From Pseudomonadota bacterium (GTDB lineage: Bacteria > Pseudomonadota > Gammaproteobacteria > Burkholderiales > Rhodocyclaceae), in contig JAKOZI010000076.1 in the NCBI GenBank assembly GCA_029780075.1, forward strand, positions 2,911 through 66,910: a stretch of 64,000 nucleotides of DNA, in the 5' to 3' direction. A model generated the notes under the pieces. It was not told where the DNA came from, did no database searches, and saw only the letters and a program-made list of their open reading frames with translations. How positions within the stretch are numbered: the first letter of the stretch is position 1; the number at the start of each line of letters is the position of its first letter. Below are positions 9,423-19,749 of the stretch, in pieces. A program made the translations under genes and the position numbers.

Positions 9423-11141
9423 GTGACCGTTCTCGAACGTATGGGCACGGCGCTGTGTCAACGCCAACGCTGGCTGCTCATCGCCTTGCTCGCGGTGGTG
9501 CATCTGGCGCTGGTCGCTAGCGCCGCAACGACGATCAGCCTGCTGTGCTGGGTCGTCAACGTCGGGCTGTTCATTCTCTGGCAGCCGTTCATCTACGCCG
9601 AACGAAAGGTCGATTTCAGCGGGCTGGCGGTGATTGCCCTGATGCTCGTCTGCGGCGCGGCCTGGTACGGGTGGTGGCTGCTGATCGTCTGGGTGGTCAT
9701 GCTGGCTGCGCTGGTTGGTGGACGGGTGATGTTCATCGACCATCGCCCGACACGCATCTTTTACCTGGTCGCCTTTGCCTACCTGCTGGCGGCACTGCTC
9801 TTCTGGCTGGTGCCCAAGGTGGTACCGCACGCGGCGCTGACCGGCCCCTCGCTGGATCGCGAATTCGCCTGGGGAATGCCGTTGTTCCTGCTGGCGATGA
9901 CGCTGCTACCCCTCTCGCGCGAGAGCGACCGGCCCGGCGGCGGGATGGTCGACCTCTTCTACAGCCTGTTCATCTTCCTGCTGATTGCCGTCCTGGTGCT
10001 CGGCAGCCTGGCGTTCATGCTGCTGCGGCAATCCGGATACTTCGAGGCCGTGCTCAATACGCTGATCTCGATCGCGCTGCTGCTGCTGCTGATCGGCTGG
10101 ACGTGGAACACGCGTCCCGGCTTCACCGGTATCGACGTCTTCTTCTCGCGCTACCTGCTGAGCATCGGCCTGCCCTTCGAAAAGTGGCTGCATCGGCTGA
10201 CGACGCTGGCCAGCAGCGAGAGCGACCCGGAACGTTTCCTGTCGCAGGCTCTGGCCGAGATGCTCGACCTCCCGTGGGTCGTTGGCGGCAATTGGATCGC
10301 CGGTGCGCGCAGCGGTGAGTTTGGCAAGACCTCGCGTTTCTGTCATGAGTTTCCCGGCCAACCGCTGCTGCTGACCCTGCACACCCGCCACAAGCTCAGT
10401 CCGGCCCTGATCTGGCATTTTCACTTGCTGGCGCAGTTGGCCAACGAGCACTACCTGGCCAAGTTGCGTACGCGCGAGTTGCAGCAGGTGAGCTACCTGC
10501 GCGCCATCCATGAAACCGGCGCCCGCCTCACGCATGATGTGAAGAACCTGCTGCAATCGCTGAACAATCTGTGTTTTCTCGCGCAGACCATGAGCGGCAA
10601 CGACGACGATCGCCTCGACCTGCTGCTGCAGCGGCAGTTGCCGCAGATCACCCAGCGCCTGCAGCAAACGCTGAGCAAGCTGCAGAAACCACAGACCGAG
10701 GCTGGCGGCGTCCTGCCGGCGGAGATGTGGTGGACCATCCAGCAACAGCGCTACGCGACGGCACCGGCGACCTTCGCCGCCACAGAGTTCCAGGCCGATG
10801 CACTGCTGCCGACGGCGCTTTTCGACAGCGTCACCGACAACCTGCTGCAGAACGCGCTGCTCAAGGGGAGAACGGAAAGCGGCCTGCGGGTACACCTGAC
10901 ACTCGCCGCCGACGCCTCGCGCTTGTGCGTCTGTGATACCGGCAGTCCGATCGGCGAGGAGGTACTCGGTGAGCTCCTGCGGGCGCCGGTGGCCTCGGAG
11001 AACGGCCTAGGCGTCGGGCTCTACCACGCCGCGCAGCAGGCGGAAAGCGGCGGTTACGAACTGCGGCTGACGAGCAACGTCGCCGGCAAGGTCTGTTTCG
11101 AGCTGTGCCGGCGCGAGCCTGGCACGCCGCCCGTGGTCTAG
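9423..11141 (+). CDS. Multi-TM sensor histidine kinase, PrsK-like H box
   Basis: ~8-9 TM; 'ARLTHDVKNLLQSL', N box 'DNLLQNA', 'DTG', 'GLGVGLY'; GTG at 9423 after CAGGAG. Confidence 0.85.
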   Translation: MTVLERMGTALCQRQRWLLIALLAVVHLALVASAATTISLLCWVVNVGLFILWQPFIYAERKVDFSGLAVIALMLVCGAAWYGWWLLIVWVVMLAALVGGRVMFIDHRPTRIFYLVAFAYLLAALLFWLVPKVVPHAALTGPSLDREFAWGMPLFLLAMTLLPLSRESDRPGGGMVDLFYSLFIFLLIAVLVLGSLAFMLLRQSGYFEAVLNTLISIALLLLLIGWTWNTRPGFTGIDVFFSRYLLSIGLPFEKWLHRLTTLASSESDPERFLSQALAEMLDLPWVVGGNWIAGARSGEFGKTSRFCHEFPGQPLLLTLHTRHKLSPALIWHFHLLAQLANEHYLAKLRTRELQQVSYLRAIHETGARLTHDVKNLLQSLNNLCFLAQTMSGNDDDRLDLLLQRQLPQITQRLQQTLSKLQKPQTEAGGVLPAEMWWTIQQQRYATAPATFAATEFQADALLPTALFDSVTDNLLQNALLKGRTESGLRVHLTLAADASRLCVCDTGSPIGEEVLGELLRAPVASENGLGVGLYHAAQQAESGGYELRLTSNVAGKVCFELCRREPGTPPVV

Positions 11142-12424
11142 CTGCCGCCGGCTGTGCCGGCGCGCCGCCCGATCAGCCGATAGACGACCATGTTTCCCTT
11201 GCCTTTCAGATAGATCGTCTGCGGATCCTGGAAATCGAAACGATCGCACAAGCGCCGGTAGGTTCGCTGATCGACCTGAACGATGCCGGGAAGTCCTTCG
11301 GTGGTAACGCGGCTGGCGATGTTCACCGTGTCGCCCCAGAGATCGTAGATGAACTTCTTCTTCCCGACCACGCCGGCGACGACCGGGCCGGTGCCGATGC
11401 CGATGCGCAATTCGAGGTGCATCTCGTTGATGCTGAAATCATGGTGCAGCAGGCGACACATTTCCAGCGCCATGTCGGCCAGCGACTCGGTCGGATGACT
11501 GCACGCCGCATTGAGACCGGCGGCGACCATGTAGGCATCGCCGATGGTCTTGATCTTTTCCAGGCCATAGCGCTCGGCCAGTTCGTCGAAACACGAGAAG
11601 ATCTTGTTGAGCATGGCGAACACCTGCTGCGGGGTCAGGCCTTCGGCGACGCGGGTGAAGTTCACGATGTCGGCGAACATCACCGAAACTTCGGCAAAAC
11701 CATCGGCAATCGTCTGTGTGCTGTTTTTCAGGCGCTCGGCAATCGGACCCGGCAGGATGTTCAGCAGCAAACGCTCCGAGCGCTCCTGCTCGATCTGCAG
11801 CAGGCAGTGTGCTTCCTGCAGGTGCTGCTGAGCGCGGTGCTTTTCGGTGTCCGAGTAGCGCAGCAGCAAGTACACGATGCTGGACACGGCGGCGAAGTTG
11901 AGGGCAAAGAAGAACGCCGTGGTCTGCGGTGGCACCTTGTACGCGGGCAAGTTCAGCGGTTCGGCGAGGTAGTAGTCGAAGACTCCGGAGAGCGTGGTGA
12001 GAAAGACGTAAGCGAAGAACCACGCGGCCGACTCTCTCGGCCCGATGAACAGGATCGCTCCGATCGGCGCCAGCAAGGCCCACAGGCTGATGCCACTGGC
12101 GGTGATGAAACTGCCGATGCTCCATTGCGCGACGAAGGGCATGAACAGGAACAGCGACAACTGGACGACCCGAAAAACCTCGAAATTGAGCGTCTTCAGG
12201 TATACCAGCAGATTGCCGACGAGCAGCAACTGCAAGACGAAGGGCAGGGTCGACGAGAACTGCGGCCCGAGCTGCCAGTAAATCAGCAACCAGAGCATCG
12301 ACGCGAGCGTGATCAGACCGGTGGCGAAGAAGAGCAGGGATTTCTGCAGGCGCAGTTCCGCCGAATCGGTCGGGAGGATTCCGGCCGTGCGCAAAGCGGT
12401 GAGAAAGCGGCCTTTGTTGTTCAT
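11138..12424 (-). CDS. Membrane-bound class III adenylyl cyclase
   Basis: ~6 TM; 'FADIVNFT', 'EKIKTIGDAYM', 'YDLWGDTVNIASR': both metal Asp, ATP-specifying Lys/Asp and catalytic Asn/Arg present. Confidence 0.92.
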   Translation of the reverse strand: MNNKGRFLTALRTAGILPTDSAELRLQKSLLFFATGLITLASMLWLLIYWQLGPQFSSTLPFVLQLLLVGNLLVYLKTLNFEVFRVVQLSLFLFMPFVAQWSIGSFITASGISLWALLAPIGAILFIGPRESAAWFFAYVFLTTLSGVFDYYLAEPLNLPAYKVPPQTTAFFFALNFAAVSSIVYLLLRYSDTEKHRAQQHLQEAHCLLQIEQERSERLLLNILPGPIAERLKNSTQTIADGFAEVSVMFADIVNFTRVAEGLTPQQVFAMLNKIFSCFDELAERYGLEKIKTIGDAYMVAAGLNAACSHPTESLADMALEMCRLLHHDFSINEMHLELRIGIGTGPVVAGVVGKKKFIYDLWGDTVNIASRVTTEGLPGIVQVDQRTYRRLCDRFDFQDPQTIYLKGKGNMVVYRLIGRRAGTAGGS

Positions 12425-12427
12425 CTT

Positions 12428-13174
12428 TTACGGAAGTTTGCCTGCAGAAACCATGCGGTTGAACAAGAGGTAGGGCGGAATCCAGACGACAATGTCGTCA
12501 AACTCACCACCCACAGGTACGTTGTATCGATTCCTCGAAAAGAACACAGGTGACGGGGAGGCGTACGGGTTGGCATTGACATCTTCGTCGGCGTTGGTCG
12601 CCGATTCGTCCTGTAGAGCGGTACCGTCCTCGGCAACCCCCCAGTTGTTCTTGCCGGCGGAATAAATGACCGCCGGTGCGCAAGGAGAAGCGACGCTGCA
12701 GGCGCCGGCGCTACCAATGAGATACGTGGCGTTGCCGGCACCATCGCGAGTCAGCACTTTCTTGCTGCCGATAGTGTTCAAGGCAAATAGGTTATTGGCA
12801 TACGCCGGACTGACGCTGTACTGGATGATCTTGTTCCATGCGTCCGTTTTCTTGACCCCGAGGGTTGACCAGGGTATGAAGCCCGTGCATAACGCATCAC
12901 TGCCGCAGTTCACCGGATTTTCGGCACCGTTGGTCGCCGACGTTGCAGGCCTGGGGAGGCGACCGTTGGCGACGGCAAAACCGATCAGTGCCTCTGTTAT
13001 ACCTGATAATTGTTGCTGCGTTTCGTTGTAGTTCCGCTGGTCGATCTGCGCTGAGAGAGGTGACAGCAGACTGCTCAGGAGCAACGCGACGATGATCAGA
13101 ACGATGGCCAACTCAACCAGAGAAAACCCTCCCGTGCGAATTAACCCTGGGGAGTGCCTGGAAGGAGGACTCAC
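12428..13174 (-). CDS. Minor pilin / prepilin-type protein
   Basis: 'GG|FSLVELAIVLIIVALL', 'NGRLPRP', 'DAWN', 'FDDIVVWI'; GTG start overlapping the upstream stop. Confidence 0.85.
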   Translation of the reverse strand: MSPPSRHSPGLIRTGGFSLVELAIVLIIVALLLSSLLSPLSAQIDQRNYNETQQQLSGITEALIGFAVANGRLPRPATSATNGAENPVNCGSDALCTGFIPWSTLGVKKTDAWNKIIQYSVSPAYANNLFALNTIGSKKVLTRDGAGNATYLIGSAGACSVASPCAPAVIYSAGKNNWGVAEDGTALQDESATNADEDVNANPYASPSPVFFSRNRYNVPVGGEFDDIVVWIPPYLLFNRMVSAGKLP

Positions 13175-14187
13175 AGGCAGGGCGAACTTGGGCACGGGAT
13201 GATATCCAGCGTATGACTGCTGCCAACGATTCCGATCCTGGCCAGGTTCGGGCCGAGGCGTTGGTAAGTAACCAGCGGCAGCCAACCGTTGGGATTGAGC
13301 CAGAGCAGAGCAGCCGGATTGATCAGCAGGTCGTTATAAGGCAGGCTGCCGATCGTGATGCCGGCATCTCCGAAGCCGTCGCTGGCGCTGTCAGCCCATG
13401 GGAAGAAGCCGTTGTCCGCCCAGTAACGGCGCAAGCCATAGGTCGGAGCACCCGCCGGATTATCGTCAGGGCCACGAATTTCCGCCAGAATACGCTGGTT
13501 GACGGTACGAAAAAGGTCATCCCGGGTAATGACCAAGGCCTTGTCGTTGAAGGTCGGCGATAGCGGGCCGGAAACGTAGGCGCTGTCGCCGTCGCTGTTG
13601 GCGCCATCCAGATAGTCGGCGACGACATCGCTTGGTCGGCCGTTCTGAGTCGCGAGCGATGGACCTGGTGAGAAAACAATGGCGGCAATGTTCGGACTCG
13701 CGTCGAACGTGAGCTGCAGCGCGCTCTGATAATTGAGCGGCTGCACGGCAGGGTGGTCACGTAACCCGGGAGAGATCGCGTACCAAAGCCGATCCCCGTG
13801 GCCGTCGACCAACTCGGGCAAATCAAGCGTCTTCCACGGCAAGCGACCGACATAGGCGGGGCAATTCTGGCCGGCAAAGAGATCGGCCACACCGTCGTTA
13901 TCCCCGTCAGGGCAGGGCAGGCTTCCGGGGCGGTTGCCGTCGGTCGCCGCACGGCCGATCAAGGTTTCCTTGGCCTGCGCCATCGCCGCGGCCGTCGCCT
14001 CGTCAATCTGCCTGCGCAAACCGGTGGCACGGCTCTGACCCAGGGTCCAGGTAGTGGCTGCAAGAAAGACGAAGAGCATGAATATCAGCAATGCCACTCC
14101 ACGCTGGCGGGCTGAGAAGAACGGGGAAGAATTTCGACGCACGGCGTTATTTTGCAACCCCTGACCCAGTACTGATCCGGCCGCCAT
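13171..14187 (-). CDS. PilX/GspK-like pseudopilin (true start probably ~14142)
   Basis: 'RQRG|VALLIFMLFV' signal lacking Glu5; 'PGSLPCPD', 'GRLPWKTL'. Confidence 0.75.
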   Translation of the reverse strand: MAAGSVLGQGLQNNAVRRNSSPFFSARQRGVALLIFMLFVFLAATTWTLGQSRATGLRRQIDEATAAAMAQAKETLIGRAATDGNRPGSLPCPDGDNDGVADLFAGQNCPAYVGRLPWKTLDLPELVDGHGDRLWYAISPGLRDHPAVQPLNYQSALQLTFDASPNIAAIVFSPGPSLATQNGRPSDVVADYLDGANSDGDSAYVSGPLSPTFNDKALVITRDDLFRTVNQRILAEIRGPDDNPAGAPTYGLRRYWADNGFFPWADSASDGFGDAGITIGSLPYNDLLINPAALLWLNPNGWLPLVTYQRLGPNLARIGIVGSSHTLDIIPCPSSPCL

Positions 14188-14605
14188 TCAGCAGATCGTG
14201 CGACTCGCCGGTATTGCGGTTGACCGTCTCGCCGACACGCGCCCTGGCCGCCGGCGCGTCGCCCGATTCGATCAGCACCTGCGCCGGATTCCCGGCGCGC
14301 GTACTGACGGTCAGGCCGCTCCAGGCATCATTCTCATGCTGCGGGTTGCCATTCACCCACGCCGTCCGCTTGCCACTGCTGCGAGTGACTACGCCGTCTA
14401 CGGTGAGCGTCGGATCGGCGGGGGCCTGCTGCTTGTCGAGGAGATTCATCTCGCGCTGGCGGTCGAGTTGCTGGCGGCGCTCGGGGGTGAAAAACAGTCG
14501 ACCGAGATCGTCACCGGCGCGTACCGCTGGGCATGACGACAGCAGCACACAAGCCCTCACGGCCGCAGTGATGATCATTTTCGCCGCCCGCGAGAACCAG
14601 GTCAT
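14147..14605 (-). CDS. Periplasmic pilus accessory protein (PilP/MshK-like position)
   Basis: Signal peptide then 'LGRLFFTPERRQQLD', 'GVVTRSSG...WVNG'; operon context. Confidence 0.65.
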   Translation of the reverse strand: MTWFSRAAKMIITAAVRACVLLSSCPAVRAGDDLGRLFFTPERRQQLDRQREMNLLDKQQAPADPTLTVDGVVTRSSGKRTAWVNGNPQHENDAWSGLTVSTRAGNPAQVLIESGDAPAARARVGETVNRNTGESHDLLNGGRISTGSGVAK

Positions 14606-14631
14606 CTCTGCCCTCCTCCCCCTGCTGGTTG

Positions 14632-15234
14632 CTACTTCTTGTTAACTTCGCGCACCGTCAGCCAGTCGATTTCGCAATCGGCCAGCAAGCTTGCCCGACC
14701 GCTCGACCGCTCGTCGGCGGTTGGCGGCAGGCGCTCGACATTGCAGCCCTTGACCTGGATCAGTGCCTTCGCCTGGCTTCGCAGGTCGGCGAGAAGCCGG
14801 CTCAGATCCTCTTCGTGGAGCAACTTCACCCGTAGTTTCATGGCGCTGGCGGAAAAGGCAAACTCTCCGGCCGACTTGCCGTCGAGCAAACGCTGCGGCG
14901 CGATCTCGTATTGCAAATCGATCAAACGACGCTTGTCACGGATGTCCTTCAGCAGTTCCACCCACTCCAGGCGCTGTTCATCACCAATGATGCCACGCTC
15001 CTTGAGCTGGTTGAAGAGAATTGATTTTTGCCGGATCTCGTATTCCTCGTCGCGAACCCGTTTGAGCTTGCCGTCGGCGTCACTACGCTGGGCGGTAATG
15101 GCCACTCTGGCCAGTTGCGCCTTGTCCCTGACCTGATACGCCACATACAGAACGATCACCGCGACGAGCAGCATCAGCACGGCTCCCAGCAGGCTCGCCT
15201 GAACCTTGCGCAAATCGGAACGGCCGAAGTTCAT
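14632..15234 (-). CDS. PilO/MshJ-like alignment protein
   Basis: N-terminal TM, coiled coil, 'LLHEEDL', 'ADCEIDWLT'; follows the PilM/N-like gene. Confidence 0.65.
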   Translation of the reverse strand: MNFGRSDLRKVQASLLGAVLMLLVAVIVLYVAYQVRDKAQLARVAITAQRSDADGKLKRVRDEEYEIRQKSILFNQLKERGIIGDEQRLEWVELLKDIRDKRRLIDLQYEIAPQRLLDGKSAGEFAFSASAMKLRVKLLHEEDLSRLLADLRSQAKALIQVKGCNVERLPPTADERSSGRASLLADCEIDWLTVREVNKK

Positions 15235-16773
15235 GATCCACGCGTCCTGCGGATCTGCACCTTGAAAGCGCGCGGCTGGCTGTCGGCGACTGTCGCGTCG
15301 CCCCCTTTGAGCGGTTTTCCCGACTCGACGTCAAAAGGCTGCTGCAATACCTCCACCTCCAGTTGCGGGTTCAACTCCAAAGCGTCAACCAGCCCCTTGA
15401 AGGCCGCCAGAACCTGGCGCGGATTACTCTCTGCGCCGAGCCGCAGGGTGCCGTGCACCACGGCAGTCTCGCTTTCGACACCAGCCGGCTCGTTGCGCTG
15501 CGCCTCGACCCCAAGAGGTGCGCGCGGCGGCTGTGTCCCACCCGCTTTCCACTCGATGCCGTCGAGTTCGATCGACGGCGCGTCGTGCAACGCACGGCTG
15601 ATTTCGCTCCAGAGATATGCGGGCGAGGTGCTGGCCTTTTCCAGATCGACGTAGCGGTTGATGACTCGCCGGAGACTCTCGTTGCTGGTTGGAATTGGCG
15701 GGAAAGTCTTGAGGATGTCCTCGTAGCGCCGTCGCGCCAGGCTGGTTTCCGCCGTGATCACTTCGACTTCCTGGTTGAGTTGATAGGCCTCGTAGAGCTG
15801 CCTGCCTGACCATAGCAGGCAGCCGAACAACGCGACGGCACCCGCTCCCCGCAGCACCGAACGGATCAGCCATAAATGGTAATCGTGGCGTTGCGCGTCG
15901 CTGGCAAACTGGGTGCGCGGCGGATCGGCCGCCAGCAACTGCAGAAACAGCGGCTCGCAGCGGGTATCCGCAGGGAGCGTCTTGAAACTGCATTGTTGCG
16001 CGCAGGCCTCGATGTCGAGAATGGTGAAGGACAGGTTGTCGCTGTCGACACAACTGCTCTCCAGTGCCTTGCTGGTATTCGCGTGCGCCAGCAGGTAGGC
16101 GTTGATCGGCTGCTGGCGACCGATGAGACGCTGACTGACGAGATACTGCTGCAGTTTGCGCGCCTCGGTGGCGAAGGTCTGCGCGATGCCGCCAATGCTG
16201 CTGTTGTGCAGCGGGGTGAGGCGGCTGAAAAACAGCTCCCCCTTTTCCAGGTAGCTCTGCCGGATGCTCTGGTCCTGAATGGTGAGCAACAGACAACGCT
16301 CGTCAGTGACGCCGAGCTTGCGCAGCAGTACTGGACCCAGCAAGGGGAGCGAATAGACACCGGCGAGAGGCGACTCGGCACTGGCCAGGGCGGTCAGCCA
16401 GGGCGCAAAGACCTCGTTGTTGGTCAGCGCGGCGAGCATGACGCGCTCGTCCTTGCGGCGTGACTTCTGATGTCCGAGAGACATCGACGTGGTCAGCGCG
16501 GCGCTGAAGTAGAGCTGCCCGAGTTTGCGTCTGACGATCGCCGTTCGATCCGCGCCGCGCAGGAAGGGGATGGTCTCGATATGGAAGCCTTCGTCGGAGA
16601 CATTGGCGAGAATCGAGAAAATGCTCTTCCGGTTGCCTGCGAGGTAGTGGGCAAAGCCAAGCTTCCCGGCTTCCGTGGCGTCGAAGGAATCCTCCTCGGA
16701 CAGCCCCCCCCGATTGCCACCTGAAGGCCGTGAGCTGATGCGCGCTGAGGTAGAGGAGGCGACGGACATGCAT
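15231..16773 (-). pseudogene. PilM/PilN-like (MshI-like) gene with +1 frameshift in a G8 tract
   Basis: 'MHVRRLLYLSAHQLTAFRWQSG' (frame of ATG 16773) joins 'GLSEEDSFDATEAG...' only if C8 at 16704-16711 is C7; the rest is open (actin-like part, TM, PilN-like part). Confidence 0.75.
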
Positions 16774-16777
16774 GGCG

Positions 16778-17980
16778 CTAGGCCTTGATCTTGCTGATCA
16801 CGTCGTACACCGGTCCGAGCACCGACAGCATGATCCACCCGAGCAGGCCGCCCATCACTACGGTCAGCAGCGGCTCGATCAACTGCTGCATCTTCTGGAC
16901 GGATTCCCTGACATCACGGTTATAGAAGTAACTGACATTCAGGAGCGCATCATCGAGCGCGCCGGTGTTTTCGCCGACGCGCAACATGCGGATCACCAGC
17001 GGCGGGAAGAAGCCGGTACTGTGAAACGCCGCCGTCACGTTCTGCCCCTCGCCGATCAGTTGTTCCACCCGCTCGAGGCCTTGCCGGATCACCAGATTGC
17101 CGACGACATCCTGCGTCGTCCGGATCGATTCGAGAATCGGTATGCCCGACGAGTAGAGCAGGGCGAAGGTGTTGGCAAAGCGCGAGAGGACGATCTTGCG
17201 CAGGATGTTCCCGAGCACCGGCACCCGCAGCTTGATAGCGTCGAAGCGCAGGCGCGCCAGCGGGTTGCTGTGCAGCAGGAATCTCACGGCCAGCGCGGCG
17301 ACAGTCGGCAGCAGCAGCAGCAGGTACCAGTAGGCGACCATCAGGTCGGAGACGAAGAACAGGATCTTGGTCTGCATCGGCAGCACCTGCCCCATGTTCT
17401 TGACGAACAGCTTGAGTTGCGGCACCAGGTAGACCATCAGAAAGAAGGTGGCAGCGAGAACAATCGAGCCGACGAAGGCCGGATAAGCGACCATTTTCTT
17501 CGTCTGTGACGCGAGTTCGTCCTCCCACTTGAGCGATTCGTTCAGGCTCTGCAGGACTTCCGGCAAGCGACCGGTCGTCTCGCCGGCCCGGATCAGGCTG
17601 ACAAAGACCCGGTTGAAGACGCGCCGATGATTGTCCATGGCCTGCGACAGGGTCTGGCCACCCTCGATCGACTCGATCAGGCTCGCCACCACCTCCCGGA
17701 AACGCGGATGTTCCAGACTGTCGCGCAGGTCGGTGAGTCCTTCGAGGACCGGCACGCCCGCGCGCACCAGTTGCTGCAGGTGAAAGCAGAAGTGAATGAT
17801 CTCCCGACGCGGCACGCCACCACCGCCCAGCAGGCTGCGGTTGCTGAGCGGTTCGCCGCTGACCAGGTCGAGTTCCATGCGCCGCAGCCGCAGTTCGAGG
17901 TCCACCAGGTTGATGGCGTCGATCCTGCCGAAGACCAGGCGCCCATCGGGGTTGACCGCCTTGTAGGTGTAGAGCGGCAC
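16778..17980 (-). CDS. GspF/PilC/MshG family platform protein
   Basis: 'LVRAGVPVLEGL', 'AGETTGRL', 'YPAFV', 'VGENTGALD', 'LIEPLL'. Confidence 0.95.
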   Translation of the reverse strand: MPLYTYKAVNPDGRLVFGRIDAINLVDLELRLRRMELDLVSGEPLSNRSLLGGGGVPRREIIHFCFHLQQLVRAGVPVLEGLTDLRDSLEHPRFREVVASLIESIEGGQTLSQAMDNHRRVFNRVFVSLIRAGETTGRLPEVLQSLNESLKWEDELASQTKKMVAYPAFVGSIVLAATFFLMVYLVPQLKLFVKNMGQVLPMQTKILFFVSDLMVAYWYLLLLLPTVAALAVRFLLHSNPLARLRFDAIKLRVPVLGNILRKIVLSRFANTFALLYSSGIPILESIRTTQDVVGNLVIRQGLERVEQLIGEGQNVTAAFHSTGFFPPLVIRMLRVGENTGALDDALLNVSYFYNRDVRESVQKMQQLIEPLLTVVMGGLLGWIMLSVLGPVYDVISKIKA

Positions 17981-17985
17981 CGGTG

Positions 17986-19698
17986 CTACATCCGGTCAGT
18001 GAGGTCGACGACGCGGCCGATTTCCTCGAGCGAGGTGGAGCCGTCGAGAACCCGTCGCAGTCCGTCATCGGCGAGGGTGGCGAACCCCTGACGAGTCGCC
18101 AGTTGCCGCATTTCACGGACGGTACTGCGACGCGCGATCAGTTCGTCCATGTCACCGTTGATGCGCAGCAGTTCCATGATCGCCAGACGCCCACGATAAC
18201 CCTGGAAATCGCAACGCTCGCAGCCGCCGGGGCGGTAGATGACCGGGCGTGGCCCTTCGACCAGGTTGCTCAGCAGACGGGCTTCGTGGGCCTCGGCCTG
18301 GTACGCGATCTTGCAGTGCGCGCACAGGCGTCGCACCAGGCGTTGCGCAATGATCCCGATGATGTTCCCGGCCATGATGTCCGGCAGAATGCCGATATCG
18401 AGCAGGCGCGGAATGGCGCCGATCGCTGAATTGGTGTGCAGGGTCGAATACACCTGATGGCCGGTCATCGCCGCACGCAGGGCCATTTCGGCGGTTTCGG
18501 CGTCGCGGACTTCGCCGACGAGAATGATGTCCGGGTCCTGGCGCATCATCGAGCGAATGCCATTGGCAAAATCGAGCTTCACCGACTCGGCCGCCGAAGT
18601 CTGCCGGACCAGGGTCATCGGATATTCGACCGGGTCTTCGAGGGTCATGATGTTGACCCCCTCGGAATTGATATGGTTGAGCACCGAGTAGAGCGTGGTC
18701 GTCTTGCCGCTGCCGGTCGGTCCGGTCACGAAGACGATCCCTTCGGGTCGGGCGATCATCAGCTTGAGTTGGTCGAGCTGCTTCTCGGCAAGGCCCAGGC
18801 CCTCCAGCGGCACGATGCCCTTCTGCCGGTCGAGGATGCGCAGCACGATGTTTTCGCCGTGGATCGTCGGTTGTACCGAGGCCCGAAAATCCACCTGGCG
18901 ACCCCGCATGTTGAGCGAAATGCGGCCGTCCTGGGGAGCACGCGTTTCGGCGATGTTCATCCCGGAAAGCACCTTGATGCGCACCGCCATCGCCGGCCAG
19001 TAGGTCTTGTGCAGCGAGCGAATCTGCCGCAGCATGCCGTCGATGCGGTAGCGGATGCGCAGGAAACTCGCTTCCGGCTCGAAGTGGATATCGGAAGAGT
19101 CGTGCTTGACGGCGTCGGTCAGGATCGAGTCGATCAGGCGAACCACCGGCTGGCTGTACTCGTCGGCGGACGATTGCAGGCCGCGAAAATCGATCTCGCC
19201 GGTCTCGATTTCGTGCAGGATGCCGTCGATCGACAGTTCATGGCCGTAGTACTGGTCGATCGCGCGATCGATCTCGGTCTCGCCGGCGAGCAGGGTGTCG
19301 ATCTCGATTTCGTCGCCGGCCAGGCCGCGAATCCTGTCCAGCGCGACGATGTCGTTGATGTCGGCGATGGCCACCGTCAGGCGCAGGTTTTCCGCGTCGT
19401 AGTCGAGCGGCAGCACATGGTGGCGCTTGGCGAGATCGCGCGGGACGAGTTTCAGCGCCGACGGATCAATAATCGCATTCGACAGATCGACGCTCTGTTT
19501 GCCGAGGCTTTCCGAGAGCGCGTCGCGCAGCGTCGCTTCCGAGACGAAGCCGAGCGCGACCAGCAACTTCCCGATCGCCTGATTCGACTTCATCTGCTCG
19601 AGCAGGGCAATGCGCAGTTGATCCTCGCTGAGGATGCCCTTGCTGATCAGGATCTGGCCCAGCGGTCGCGAATGCGGATGGAGGCTGGGAGCGTTCAT
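17986..19698 (-). CDS. GspE/PilB/MshE extension ATPase with MshEN-like N-terminus
   Basis: 'SSDIHFEP', Walker A 'GPTGSGKTT', 'TLEDPVE', 'RQDPDIILVGEVRD', Zn motif CxxC...CxxC. Confidence 0.95.
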   Translation of the reverse strand: MNAPSLHPHSRPLGQILISKGILSEDQLRIALLEQMKSNQAIGKLLVALGFVSEATLRDALSESLGKQSVDLSNAIIDPSALKLVPRDLAKRHHVLPLDYDAENLRLTVAIADINDIVALDRIRGLAGDEIEIDTLLAGETEIDRAIDQYYGHELSIDGILHEIETGEIDFRGLQSSADEYSQPVVRLIDSILTDAVKHDSSDIHFEPEASFLRIRYRIDGMLRQIRSLHKTYWPAMAVRIKVLSGMNIAETRAPQDGRISLNMRGRQVDFRASVQPTIHGENIVLRILDRQKGIVPLEGLGLAEKQLDQLKLMIARPEGIVFVTGPTGSGKTTTLYSVLNHINSEGVNIMTLEDPVEYPMTLVRQTSAAESVKLDFANGIRSMMRQDPDIILVGEVRDAETAEMALRAAMTGHQVYSTLHTNSAIGAIPRLLDIGILPDIMAGNIIGIIAQRLVRRLCAHCKIAYQAEAHEARLLSNLVEGPRPVIYRPGGCERCDFQGYRGRLAIMELLRINGDMDELIARRSTVREMRQLATRQGFATLADDGLRRVLDGSTSLEEIGRVVDLTDRM

Positions 19699-19749
19699 GA
19701 GCGGAAAATCCGGCAATCCGGATGCAGAAATCCCTGCAAGCTGCCGGAA

